Shown here piece after piece: positions 27,001 to 40,965 of a stretch of 64,000 nucleotides of DNA. Position 1 is the stretch's first letter; each line of letters begins with the position of its first letter. The stretch lies in the NCBI GenBank assembly GCA_047967505.1, contig CM106538.1. One strand, given 5' to 3'. The notes beneath the pieces were generated by a model. The model was given only the letters and a program-made list of their open reading frames with translations, was not told where the DNA came from and searched no databases. The DNA comes from Dipteris shenzhenensis (taxonomy: Eukaryota). The position numbers and the translations under genes were made by a program.

Positions 27001-28180
27001 AACTTCAACTGTCTTCCCTTGGAGATAATTATTATTGATGTAAAATCTGCTAGTCTAACCTGAGTAAGTTTCCCCTCCCTCCCACTGCTAGCCCATGTAT
27101 ATTGGGTTTCATGATTGGGCTCCACAAGGTTTAACTTGTCTCTTAACCTATTCCACTCCAAAAACTCTCTGCCACTAACTGTCTTGAATCTCCTATCCCT
27201 ATTATACTCGACCATATTAAAGTCTCCTGTAACAACCGTGTTATCTCCAAGTGTCAATATCTCTGTCCACAGTTGTGTCCTTTCCCTTTGATTATTTGGT
27301 GCATATATACTGAAATAACTTCAATTTCATCCTCTCCTACTTTGAACAAGTCACTGACCCAACTCTCTTTGGATAGACTGTTTTGGGATAACAAATCAAC
27401 AACTCTCTTTTTAAACCCTATAGCAGTTCCTCCTCTAGGTCTTTGATGGTCTGAAAAAATCCAATCTCTATCATTGTCTACCTCTTTAAGTCTCACTAAT
27501 AAATCATGTCCACTCTCCTTGACCTCCTATAAACAAATAAAAGTTAGGTTCAACTTCTGTCAGAGAAGCCAATCCCTTAGTCTCCTTGCTCTGGCTGAGT
27601 CAACCATGCCTCTAATATTGAAAGTCACGATACTGTATTTCATGTTTTTTGGATTATTTGCTTTATCTTCTCTCCTACCTTCTGGAATGAAATATTTGTT
27701 GAAGTACCATTCTTCCCTCTCTTCTTTCCTAATTTAAAGTCACTCTTCTTTGGAGACAATTAAGGGATAGGATCTTCATGCATGACATTCCCTCCTTCCA
27801 GAATAAGAACCTCTACTTCATCTAAGTCCTTTTGATCATTTGCTTCCGACTCATCCTCTACTGACTGAAAAAGACTCTTTTTTAGGGGACTAGTACCCTT
27901 AATTAATTGAATCTTTGTTCTCTAAAAAGAGGGGATTGTTTCTAAAAGTCTCCAATCGAGTATCCCTAACCTATTCACCTTGTGCACTTTGAAAAATCCT
28001 TCCTCTTGTCTAAATTTCTTCTGACCCTGTTGTTCCCAAGGTCTCTTCTTCCTTCCTTTGAGGAGTATTTTCAATGGCACCTTGTGAGCCAGAATAGTAG
28101 GATTCTTCTTCTGACATAGAAGTGTGAGTTTGGCTTCTCCATGATGGTCAGAGCATGGGCCCGGCTTCTCCATGATGGTC
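24100..28180 (-). mobile_element. Decayed L1-like LINE (ORF1 tail, ORF2 endonuclease and RT)
   Basis: ORF2 ATG at 27643 (MKYSIVTFNIRG). Motifs GDFNM, KTLGPDG, NWRPLTMLN, IDFEKAYDRIEW, GCPSSPLLF, FSDDT, REGGGLDI. Many frameshifts, plus a 30-bp duplication at ~25525-25585. Confidence 0.92.
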
Positions 28181-29344
28181 AAAGCATGGGTCCAGTATGG
28201 ACGCGTACCTACTATCTAGCATAGTCTAAGGTCCAGGAGTAGTTCCAAGGCACTAGGGCACCACCTGGTGGTATGGGATGCCAAGATGATTGGGAACTGG
28301 TTGGATGAGGTGCCAGTAGCTCGGTTAGTGGCCTTCCAAAGATACTAGAAGGATTTGTAGATTATTCACCCCACAAACACAAGGGCGTTATAGTCTTTGA
28401 AGATATATGTATACCTGACATGGTCAAGCTGGCACGAGCCTTCCAATTTCTAACAAGGGTGGATCCATTAGACCACCACAATGTTATTACCCCCAACTTG
28501 CTCGCCCGCCTGTACAAGCCCCAATGACACACACACAACTGGGCAAATTATTTTACAACAGACTCAAGGTCGCATGCACCAACCATAACAATAACCTGGG
28601 CAACCCTATCTTATTTATGCCACTAATCTATCACACCACGGCTAAGGTATTTCCCAGTTATCATTATGGTTTGGCTGATAAAACATTGAGGCAAATTCAG
28701 GCAGCATCAACAGCTGCATACAAAGAGGCCTGACAAATGCTAGAGACACGACTGTAGGAATAGGAGGCTGAAAGCAGCTAGGCCAAAGACAAAAAAAGAA
28801 AACAAGAAGAGGAAGAGGCCACCAAGAACTGGGCTGAAATCACAAAAGAGTCCAAGGCACGGGCCAAAGTAGCACAAGAATGTAAGGAAAGCGAAGAGGC
28901 TAAGTCACAGTAGGCTAGCCACGAAGCCAAGGGCAAAGAACCAGAGATCGAGGAAGACCATGCCATGGAGTTCGAGCAACCGCTCAAAATCCATGAAACA
29001 AAAAAGAAAATTGACCCACTCCACCTCGTAGCTAGCCTCCTAACATCCTTAAAAGACACCCCGCTATCGCTCGCTCCTTCCTCATCAAGAGGTTGATTAT
29101 TCTGCCAGCTTTCCTGTTTGAGCTTTTTTTTAAACCTGTAAAATTTGTGAGCTGTTTTTAAGCGAAGAGGAGCAAGAAACTTTTCTCCTACACCTTAGCA
29201 AGGTTTTATAATACTGTCTTATTTGATGTGAGGCGAGAAAATTCCCGCATAACGATTTCTATCCCTTTGTTAACATCCACAGGGCATCCATAAAACACAA
29301 CACAAACTAGGCCTTCATCATGCATTTAATGGAAGATTCACGAT

Positions 29345-32300
29345 GGGGAGACCATGGCGGTGCTTCCCAAGTGCACACAGATGGTGTCCAAGCAACTAGG
29401 GGAGGTACTTGCATTTCAGTTTCGGTTTCTTTTCTCCCCATGGTGATTGGTCATGGTATCATCATTCCTTCCAGGGCACAGTGGATTCTCATATTGGTTG
29501 GGGGGCGTAAGATAGGTCTTCTCAACCTTTATGCCCCCAATAATAAAGGTGATCGTATCCTTTTTTGGAAGGAACTTCTCTCTTGGGCCCCCATTGCAGA
29601 TTCATGGGTCATTGATGGAGACTTTAACATGGTGGAACTACCTTCGGATAAGAAAGGAGGTAGAGAAGGTGGTACTCATCCACTTGAGAGAGTAGCTTGG
29701 GATGCTTTTCTTTTTCATTTCAGTGGCAGAGATGTTTGGCTAGATGATGCATATACCGCTCAGGCACACTCACTCCTGTATTCTTGGTCAAACAGGAGAC
29801 AACATATGCCTATCCATGCACGGATTGACAGATTCTATGCTGGGGATTGGGCTTTAGACAGAGGTGGTTCGATTGCTATTGCCCCTGGTGTTTCCACTTC
29901 AGATCACTTCCCAGTGACTTTCGTGATCTCAGATCCTCACCCTAGGGGACACTCAGCCAGCCTCAAGATCCCAGATGCCATTTATAGAGAGGAGGGACTC
30001 TCAGATGCAGTTAGACAGACTTGGGTGTCTTGTTTTCAGGGCGGAATGCCCGTTCTGTCATCTCTTGCCTCTGCCATTTCTGATGTTAGTGATCATTATC
30101 ATTTTGTTATTAGAGCCAGGAGGCAGGAGGTTCACACCCGAGAGTTAGGTCTTCGTCACTAGTTGGCAGCCCTACAGAGGGAAGAGTAGAAGAGGCCTAC
30201 TGATGCTTGGATTCAGGAGCGCCTTGCAGCCGCAAGGGCTTATTAGCAGACATTGTTTGATCAGAGAGCACAGTATACCTTTCATGCTAGAGAGTCCTTT
30301 TGGACACAGATGGGTGGTAGAGTCATTAAGCACTTCTTCTCCTCTCTTGGCCCCAGGCAGAGTAGGGAGAAGATGTCTCAGCTTATTGACTCAAATGGTG
30401 TTCTACAATCTAACCATGATGTTGTTTTGTGCATTGCCTCATATTTTTATGCCTCACTTCTATCAGCAGATCCTCCCACTGATGCTAGATTTGTTGTGGG
30501 ACATTCGATTCCGTGATTCAGCTATGCATGGTTCTCTGGATGCACCTTTTACCAAAGTTGAATTCAAGACTGCACTTTGTGCTCTTCATAGAGGCAGATG
30601 CCCATGGACTCACAACTTTCTTCATCACCTTTTGGGACAACATTGGGGATGATATTACTTCAGCCTTGCAGGAGGTTTGGGACAGTGGTGTGATGCCAGA
30701 TTCCTTGACGGAGGGTCTTATTCATCTCATTCCAAAGGGAGCCTGCAAAAATTTAATTTCCAACTGGAGGCCCATCACGCTTTTGAGCACTGTTTATAAG
30801 ATCTTGACTAAAACAATTAGCTTGCGTCTTCAGCCCTTCCTGATCTTATTCATAACATGCAGACAAGTTTTGTGCATGGAAGGAGCATTTTTTATAATAT
30901 CTTCTCATTCTGGGAAGCATCTAAGTGGGCTGCACAGAGCAACCAAAAGCTTGGCATACTTCTCCTGGACTTTGAGAAGGCTTATGACAGGGTGGATTGG
31001 GATTTTCTAGAGGGTACCCTTCACCGTTTCGGTTTCACAAATGCTTGAATCAGAGGGGTTTCAGCCCTATACAGATCAGCCCACAGTCAGGTGCTTATTG
31101 GTGGTGCCACGGGGGAGAGATTTCTGATTTCCAGATCTATCCGGCAGGGATGCCCTCTTGCCCCCTTCCTCATCTTGTTTGTGGCGGCGGAAGCTATGAG
31201 TATCTTCATTAGATCTCAAGCTGATATCCTTGGCCTGAGCCTTCCCCTGAGGCCAGAAGAGGAGCTCCTGGATAGTGAGTTAACAAATGACACGACTGTT
31301 TTTTTGCATGCTACTCCTCAGACGCTTGATTCCTTTAAGGCAGCCTTGGATCTTTTCTGTTTGGCAGCGGGGGCACACATAAACTGGGGCAAATCCAATG
31401 GTTTTTGGATCTCTGAGGAGGATATCCCAGCTTGGGGAGCTGATGTTGGCTTTAATTGGATCCAGAGAGGTGTTCCGATCAGATATTTGGGATGCCAGGT
31501 TGGATTGGATATCACCCCTTCGCAACAATTTGCCCCGGTCTTGGAAAGCATTAGAAGGAAGCTCATTTTTTAGAGTACTACTCAGCCTCTACTCAGCTTG
31601 ACCTTGCCTCGAGAGTGGTGGTTGTTAAGCAGGTGTTACTGGCCTCTCCCTGGTTTATTTGCTCTTGTTGGTGCCAGTCAAGAGATTGTATCACTTAGCT
31701 TAAGAGACCTATCCGAAATTTTTTATGGAGTGGTCTAGAGGGTACAGCAGATGTTATAGCCAGGGTTGCTTGGGAGACCTTAACTCTACCCACGAAGGAG
31801 GGGGGCCTTAATATTATTGATACTGAATTGCAATGCAAGGCCTTGTGATGCAAGATGGTGGTAAGAGGACTTATGCCTGGGCAAGAGCCATGGAAAGATT
31901 TTTTTGTCAGATGCATCCAGTCTTGCTCCCCTTCTTTTGGTGGTGATTGGAGGGATAACATAAGATGGATCTTTACCTCAGCCCGACTCCGATCCCCCTC
32001 TTCCTCTCTCACGACTACTATCTTGAAAGCTTGGTCTTGTTTCAGGGGATCTCTTCGGAGGATTCTCCCATCCTCTCGGGAGGAATTTGATAGGCAGCCA
32101 CTCATGTGGAATGAGAGTATACTAGATGAGTTGGGCAGACCTCTTGGCACTTCACGTTATATGTAGTGGTTCAGGTGGGAAAGGGGTCCTGCCTCTTTCT
32201 TGGGACATTGGAAGAACTTCAAAGAGCTTTCAGAAGATTGGAAGCTTCAGGTTGTTGGTCACTTAAGGAAAAGTGTTAGGAGAATTCAGCAAATTGATGC

Positions 32301-33550
32301 CGCTATACCAGGTGACTGGCTTGATACAGATGGTTTGCCCCCCTCGAGCAATCCTTGGCTTGGAGTTTTCTCGGGCACAGGTGTTCCTCTTTAGGTCATA
32401 GCATTACGCACAAACCATGCAGATATTATTTTTGATATGCACTCAAGAGGCATGCTCTCTAGGCTCACAGATGAGGCCCTTTTGGATGCTCCAGTTCAGC
32501 TAGTCAGGGTTGTAGGCCATCGGGAGTATGGTGCATTTTCTTCTTGGTATATAGATCCTGACCCCGTCCTACTTGCGAGTGGTTCTTGGAGGCTTGGCTT
32601 TATGGAGGTTCTCCTATAAAATTTCTGCAATGGGACCCTGGGAAGTGGAGGTGGATAGATGTAGGGAACAGGGAGAAGTCCATCCCCTTCTTCGACTTCA
32701 TGGTGAGTAATGCCAGGAAGTTTCAGATGAGCCACAGAGACTAGAGGCCCTCTAAAGCTCCTCACTGGGAGAATTTTCAAGTTTCTATTGATTTACAGGG
32801 CATCTTTTGGAGGAGGCTCTGGAAGTCCTACAGAAACAGGAAAATCACTTTATTTTTATGGCTCCTCATTCATGGTGGGATTGCAGTGAACCTTTGGAGA
32901 TCTAGATTTGGGGTTGATGCTTCTTGTCCATTATGCTCTTCGGCAATGGAGACCATTTAGCATTGTTTATGGGAATGCATGCAAGCCTCTCCTTCTCTGA
33001 ACCTCAAGTTTTTAATGAGAGACATGACTCTTCCTGGGCACTCAGGATATAGGTAGGATGTGTAGATTTGCTCTTTGGATATGGTTCCTGCCTCTCCCTT
33101 TAGGAGAGCTCCTGGTTCTGTGGACACTCCGTGGGAGATCCTGGCAAGCATCATTGCATGGCATATCTAGAGAGCTAGATACACAGAGACTCTGGATGGC
33201 ACATAGGTTCACCCGTTTACGATCTTTGCCAGTATCTGGACAGATAGTGTCCACACTTTGATGGCCATTTGGGCTAGTGTGCAAGGAAACTCTCGGGCCG
33301 CTCGCACCAAGAGATCCTGATTCCTTAAGGCATGGAAGGACTCACCTTTCTTTTCAGTTTTAGGCACAGGATTGACTTGGCACTTCCAACCACACTCCTA
33401 GTTATTCTCCTTCTCTAGTTGAGAAGTTTCTTTAGACCTTTGAGGGTCCTTATTTCATGCTATGCATGGTGTATTTCCGTTCAAAGTTCTCTCCCACGAT
33501 GGTTTTTTCATACTTAATAGAAGTCATTTTCTCGAAAAAAACAAGAAAGA
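29345..33550 (+). mobile_element. Decayed L1-like LINE ORF2 (5' truncated)
   Basis: Motifs NLYAPN, GDFNM, RIDRFY, SDHFP, NWRPITLL, LDFEKAYDRVDW, SIRQGCPLAPFL, EGGL, and a C-terminal C..C...H.LWEC remnant. A-rich tail at ~33535-33552. Confidence 0.93.
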
Positions 33551-34169
33551 AACTGTAAATGTATCTACAACAATAAAATGGAGTCCTATCGAAACTACAA
33601 AATGGATTGTCTCATTTTTGTTTGCTTACATAATTCAATTGAATTGATTCATTTTCAAAGCACAACAAAAGACTATGTGACATGCTAATTTGCTATTGAA
33701 TTCATGAAGTGATTAATTGTGCCTTGTTCATTCCAATCGGTTTATTGTCAATGCTAAGCTTGCACTAATTCAAATAGGCTTATGAAACTTCAATATAGAA
33801 ATAATTCAATATAACGCCTTATGCTTAATAGAAACATTCATTCTATTTGATTCAATGGAATTACTAATGGATTGTTACCATCTTTCTTTGGTGTATCTTT
33901 CAATTGCATATATTATGTTCCATAGTTCAACAAAGATGTGTCTTTCCATTATATTTTTGATTTATTAGGACCTGATTGATTATGCATAGTTAATTCCAAT
34001 TAGGTCATTATGCCTAATCTCATGCTACGGTAGCTTATTTATTCAGCATAGACTTGTGCACTATCATGATAAAAATTACAAAACTAATCCATATGAAAAT
34101 ACAAAATACCCACATTGTATTTGAATTTATGTATTGGAAATTACAAATAGATTCTCTATCAAATGTCTT

Positions 34170-34694
34170 CTAGAAATCATAATCTATTAAGATCTCATCT
34201 CCTATGTTGATGTCCTTTATAGCTATGGTAATAATAAATCCATAGTCATTGATGGTTACATTGTGATTATCCTCTATCTATGGCGGTAAATTTGGAACAT
34301 ATTCCCAACATGCATTTGTCTTCTCTTTACAATGTTTTGAGCTGTTTTTGTAGCCTGCCACATTACCAGTTTCCACATCACCTAAAATCATCATTTGATC
34401 TGTCTATGGTGTCACATATTGATCCTCACATAATGCATATATCTTCATTCTCTCATCTTGTCCACGTAGCTCTATCCATTCATCATACCTATATTTTGGA
34501 CTAGTATAAGGAAACAAAACTGCACCTTGTGCCACTTTGGAGCATGCAAATAAGCCTCTACCTACCCCAAGCAATGTAGCCTTCACCATAGAGTACATAT
34601 GTCCATTAAACTCAAATGACTCTCCCATAGGTATTGGATTCGATTGACTCCAATTTTTTGTAGCTTCATTCCATTTATTAACTTGCATCCGCTT
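34170..34694 (-). pseudogene. SET-domain (lysine methyltransferase-like) exon with two in-frame stops
   Basis: Reading through TAG at 34404 and 34278 gives GVGRGLFACSKV...GNVAGYKNSS...IAIKDINIGDEILIDYDF*, matching the SET GxGLFA, (RF)INHS and AxRDIxxGEELxxDY motifs. An upstream TTTGTAG could be a splice acceptor. Confidence 0.8.
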
Positions 34695-37662
34695 AACTAC
34701 AAATTATCAAAAAAACAATGATCAATACAAAGGCATACATTTGACACTATACTTTCTTTCCATTATAACACAATCATTTTAAAACAACAAAATAGAAATA
34801 TTGTCTAAACAATGACATCCCATACAATTCCTAATAATTCTAGAAATAATAGCAAGTATGCATGACTCCATTTTAATAAGAACATCCAAATTTTTACGCC
34901 ACTACATTATAAGGAAATACAAGCACTTAGATTTTGCACCTCAAGTGATCTTCCAAAAAAACATATAAGTTTCATTATTGTATCAACTACCTAACATTAC
35001 ATTAGACAATGTTATCACCACCTTTATCTATGACAATTCAAGTGCCATGTTGTCTTGTTCCATTTACTAGAAAAAGATAAAATAATCCTAAGGCAACATG
35101 CATATCTATTGGTTACAAAAATCATTGCAAGGAGTTCACCTTTGACGGATCGAAATAGCCTTCTAAACACTACAACACAATGTTTAAACTAACACTCATT
35201 TTGGATGCTCTTTATATTGGTCCAAGAAAAGCAAACATCAAACCAAAATGAGCCAACAATTGTTATGGATGATTTCCGTATCCACTTAAGAAAACCAACA
35301 AGTGTCATTGCTACTTTGATGAGTAACCACGATTAGAACCAACATGAAAGAAACTGGAAATTTGCCACAATTGTTCCTACATGCTAGGGATTACCCAAAA
35401 GAATAAAACTCTTTGAATATGTCACTACTACATCCAGATGATGTCAATGAAACAAGTGCATCAACACGATGACATTTGAAATGCGTGCTACTTGCCTAAT
35501 CATCACCACAAAATCCAATCAAAACAACTATATTGAATGCAATATATCAACTTTAGATTGATGAAGACCAAAGTGCCTTCGCTTCGAACCATGGCTTAAG
35601 TATTTTTAGTGTTGCTATATCAAGGCCAAAAATCTTAAAAAAATAAAATTCCTCTAAATGGCACTTGCTTTTTAAGCAAATTAATGAGTACCGAAATGGC
35701 GAGACAACACACCTTACTTTAATTTGCATCTACATGAAGCTAGCAACTTAGTAAGTCCGTCACGTGTTCAAGTGACCTATAAAGCAAGTAATGTTTGAAT
35801 TCTTACAAGCAAGTGATGCTTTCTTTTGTCCAAATTGACACTGTTCCATTTTCATCATTCTTGCATTTGTGATGTTTCGCCTCCACTTAAAAAAATCTTA
35901 GGGAATTATGCAAAGGCAACACTTTTAAGCACGGACACATGTTTGTAGTGTACAAATAATCAACTTTTACTATAACTATCATTTGTTTCCTACATACAAA
36001 GGCATGTGGCATTTTCTTTACACGAGCAATGCTACGTGTTATTGTAATTAAACGCGTATTTGAGGATAAGTGCGCCTTCATTAGCTCAAAAGTTCGTATA
36101 TTAGTCTGTTGCGCTGTCTAGACGAAGATCAGAGCTTCGTCCCTGCATCTTGCCAACTCTTAGCACTATCCGGTTTGCCCTAATTTTGCAACCGCATCTT
36201 CATGTCTGTCATTGCCGGAATTCAACCTTGATCTGAGGAAATTCGCCATCGGATTTTATAGATCTGAGACGACAGTGATCCCGACAACGCAGGAAAGGTG
36301 CAGTCCTCCTGTCGCTTCTCAGCTGCTTTGGGATTAGAGCTGTATCACATACACAGAATAATGTACAAAGCGGCATGGCTCACGTCGTCGTGTTCGAGCT
36401 TGCAATCGCTTCCGTCCTGTTACAATGTCGTTTGTCTCTATAAAAGCCACGAGCTTTTATTTTTTTTACAGCATAAGCCGAGAACCTGCTTGTTATGGAA
36501 ATTAAGAAATTACACTAATTGCTAACATCCAAATAATCACAGATAGCATTAGCTAAGCTTCGGTGAAAGGAATAAAAGACTCTAGTGTTTATAATCCGTG
36601 CCTTTGAGGTGTTTTGTCAACGTTTACAGGTGGCATTGTCATTTCTACATTGGGCTTGTACATCCTATTCCAGTCCCTTTCTATATCAAAAGAAACATGG
36701 ACACACATAGTGACTCTATTCTAATCTAAAAAACATAGACACTGTGTTACTGCATCCAGGAGGCAATGATGGAGCTACGATTAGTGTCATTACGTAATAT
36801 AGCTGGTTCAGGAATTAACAATTGATAGGAATATCCTTTGACATGGACGTGTCAAGAGCCATGTTATGGACTGCAGGAACAGGACCCACTGTGCTGCATT
36901 GTGTCACACAGGTCACCTCTGTCATACGTGGTGTCAGAGAATGGTGTTAGTTGACATCTTTTTGTGTCTATTTCTTGGGGCACATCCTGTCCAGTTTTGG
37001 GCACATCGACTTGACGTATCATGTAGCGCAGCATGACCTGTGACATGGAACCTGACACACACAAACATCTGTATCAGAACTGGCTGACCAGGAGGTGGTA
37101 GGTTAGCCAGGGTCCAGTAGTAGCATTTGGCTGACCAGTCTGCCCCATGGATGACTACCATGAAGTTATAAACTACACTTTTTTATGTGATGAGTTTGGG
37201 CATTTTCTCGGATTCATCTAGGTATATGTATTTGCCGCATTAGCGGACATGTAAATTTCCATTTGTGAAATTTTCATCCAAGTCGGGGCCAGCTGATATT
37301 GTGACAATTTTTCTATCTTCAATGGTGTTTGTATCCGAGAGAGAGAGAGAGTAGGCACGAAGGAGTAGGAAGCAGGAGGGGAGGGGTTAGATTGGATAAG
37401 ATGTCAAATCAAAGGTGTACAATGATTGGTGGAAGGTGACTTAAATAGTCCCCCACAATTGCCCCTAATTTTCCCACAAAAGTACCACTAGTTTGCCCCT
37501 TATTCCCCCTTCATTACACTTTTGTCTACAAGTGTTCCACTAAACCTAGAATACATGGTCCATAGTGTGAACCTAAACCATACTTGAGTTGGCAAACTAA
37601 CTATGCCACAATTCTAGTAAACTAAATAGTTGTCAAGTAGCTGTTAGTCATTGCTTGCATAC

Positions 37663-38042
37663 TCCAAATAGTTTCGGAGAATGTTTGGGTAGCCGGTGAA
37701 GAATCCTTTGTCCGTCCATACTACCTCATGGACTCCTCTGTGCTTGAATTTTGTTGGAACAATCTATTTGCTTCTTCTTGATGATTTGTGTTTTTGACCC
37801 GTCTCTATCCCATCGAATGGGCTCACAATTGGGGGTGTGCCCTAGTAACTAATATGCCATCCTAGCAAGAGCATGCCACACCATATGTAGATTGAGTGTC
37901 ATTCCCTCCAAATAGTTTTGGAGAATGTCTAGGTAGCGGGTGAAGAATTCTTTGTCCATCCATACAGTCTTGTGGATTCCTCTGTGCTTGAATTTTGTTG
38001 AAATAATCTATTTGCTTCTTGCTGATGGTTTGTGTTTGAACC
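37663..38042. repeat. Direct repeat pair, ~135 bp (~37663-37800 and ~37907-38042)
   Basis: TCCAAATAGTTT.GGAGAATGT...CTCTGTGCTTGAATTTTGTTG...TTTGTGTTT occurs twice. Confidence 0.85.
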
Positions 38043-39200
38043 AATGAAGAAGGATTTGCTCTGATTCAAGAATCTTTGCCTAGTCCATAATTTTTGGCTT
38101 TTACTCATCTCGAATTGTGTCCAAGGACAGGCCAACATACCTCTTGAGCCATTACACATGGAAGACGGGGTGCATGGTCCAACAGGGTGGTAACTGGAGC
38201 TATATGGCCACATTGTTGACCGCCTTTATATTCAAAATTGGACCAGTGGAAGTGTCCTCTGATTTGTTATGGTGGTAGCTCCAATAGAAGGTTTGTTGTA
38301 AGAACAAAATGCTCATGTTCATTCAGCAGGACTTCCCGCTTGAGTTATGTTTGGACTAGCCTTGCTTTGCTGCTAGTGTACACAAAGTGGCATTGTGCTC
38401 CTTAGTAGTTTACTGAAATGAGTGAGTCTATTCAACTCCTTTGAGCCATGTCAGGTCTCAAGTACCCACACTTGATACGGTGAGCATCAGTGCTTGCTAG
38501 TCCTAGTTTGGAACCACTAGGTAATGCTGCCACCACCTCATGCCCAGGATTACGTTTGCCGTTTGAGGCATGGCACAGTCTTGAATGTTTTGCGGTTTGT
38601 GAAGCTACCACTGTTCATCTCAACATAGATTGCTTCCTTGCCGGAGTTGATGGTGTTGCTAATGAGGGCACCGCCCAACTCTATTGGAGTCATGGCTTTG
38701 AGTTGGAGATGTGCTCGCTTGATGATACACTTGCAGATAAAATGCCTTAGGTGGACCCACTATCAAAGAGTGCTAAAACCCTTTGTCCATTGATCGTGCA
38801 ATATGCCTTGAATTAAACATGTTGATGGCATCTGCTTTTGCTACCTCCACTTCGTTAAGACTACTAAGGTAGTCTTTGTTGGAATTGTCAAAGTTGAAGC
38901 TACTGGTGCATTCCAGCATGTATCTAGCATATGATCTTAGGGGGACACTCCCAATTTCGTTTAAGGCACTAGGAGGGGTAATACTATTTTGAAAACCGTC
39001 ATGTCCCATCATGTCAGCCCCCGAGGACGGCCATGTAACCCTTGAGGGATATGTTGCTATGACAGATAACTGAGATTTGTGCAACTAGGGAAATCTTGTT
39101 GCATGCAAGTGGGTGAACTTTGGCCTTATAGCTAAGACTTGTGCCACCATTGGTAGTGATGTCTTGTATCCTATCCCTATGTCTCATGTGGTTAGCATCA

Positions 39201-39700
39201 AGGGGGGATTGAAGGTCATAATCATGTCATAGATGATAGTCCCTCGGTTCATGTGAAACTACTCATCGAGAGCTTCTATTGATACCCAACATACCTATTT
39301 TCGGAGATATGCCACATTGATGCCACATCATCAATCCAAGAGGTCACATGTGAGGTCATCACATGACACATGTTAGGCTAAGGAACAGATGTGATCTACA
39401 CCTCTTTCACCCACTGTATGGCTTCACTGGCATGACACATGTCACTTCCTAGGAAAGAGGTGGTCCCCACATCCTCTATATTGGTCTGTCATAGGTGGCT
39501 TGCACCTCTTCACTTGATTGGTCAACCACCTCAAAGGTTGTCAATGACAGGTCCGTTCAATTCCCCAAAGAGATGGGGAACTGCCTATAAATTCCATGCC
39601 CTCTCCATTGTTAGTTATCTAGACGTCAAGGAGTCTAGGTCCAAGCACTTTGTCAATATCCTAGTCAAAGTTCACATCAAAGCTATATATTCTTTCTTTT
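39201..39700 (+). mobile_element. Possible PPT plus LTR remnant
   Basis: AGGGGGGAT is followed by TGAAGG at 39210, with a TATA-like CCTATAAAT at ~39584. No partner LTR was seen. Confidence 0.3.
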
Positions 39701-40965
39701 TGGCCTTGCTAAGGGTCTATGGGATGTTGGGATTTTTTGGACAAATGTTTGGAATTGCTTGTATTTTGTCAATGTTGAGTGTTTTAGTGATGTGGTTATC
39801 GTTAACTTTTGGTTAGATGTTAAGTGAGATTATATGGTTTTGTCTTTTAGCTTGTATGACATCACCTTTCTTAAAAGCATGTGATGTTATTTAAATGTAG
39901 AAGGAGGTCCCCACTCATGTTTAATGGTCCATTCCCTCTTTCACTCTCCATCTTTATCCACCTTCACTTTCTTTTTTCTCTTTCTCTCTCGCTCCAATTT
40001 ACACTTTTCCTTTCTCCTTTAGAAGTTATTGGAAAATCTTATTGTAATTTTTATAGGCGTTACTTTACATTTTCTCTAAATGGGGACTTAGTGGTTGTGC
40101 CAGCTTGAGACACAAAGTTGAAATATAATGTCAATTTAATTAATAGTGTTTCAATCCAATACTTAACTAGCATGATAGACCTAAAAAACTAAATCACTTC
40201 AACTATTTCATAATGACATTGTCATAAACTATCTGAAGGCAGGGCCGTAGTGGATAATCCACCTTGTTTTGAATGAAGATGTTTGGTCAAAACTTTTGTC
40301 CAAAGCATGTGTACTTTTCTTCCATTCTCTTCCTCTCTTAACTCTCTCAGCCTTTGTACCTCCCACAATTCTGACATTCCTATCTCTTAACTTGGCTCTA
40401 ATACCGATTAAAGGAGCTAGGTTGAAAGAGAGGTACACTGCAGGTCAGGAGCACACTTGAGCACACTGTATTGTAAGAGGAGAGGCTCAAAGGCTGGTGA
40501 CAAGAAGAATGAAGGAGAAGGAATTGTTACAGGAGGATGGAGGTGATGAGGAGTTGGCAGGCTTAAGAGGGCGGGCACTAGAGTTGAGGTGCCTGAGGAG
40601 GCTCCCATTCGACCACAAGATGTCACTGATGATGACATTACGTTATCTCACTTCACAGAAAAAAGACCCTTGAAGCGTAGAGCTTAAGGCAATGGTATGT
40701 CATTGAAGGGTAATGAACTTCCATGATATTGTAATACATTGTATGCGAGTAGTTATTTTCAAGTTAGTTAGATGAGCATCCCAATAATGTAGCTTGCAAG
40801 AGTTTTTTGAAATATAATAAAGATGTGCCATGCTTGGTGAATCATGATCCACCATGTGTTCCATCCTCTCCATGCTTGTCATGTTTGACGTGTTTCAATA
40901 ATATTTAAGGCAAGTTATGTGTTGCCCAAAAATGTGATATAAAAGCATTCACTGTTGATGTTCAG

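Noticed and set aside
36100-37350. Possible host-gene first exon or promoter (CpG-retaining stretch, GA microsatellite)
   Set aside because: No recognisable protein motif or consistent exon chain.
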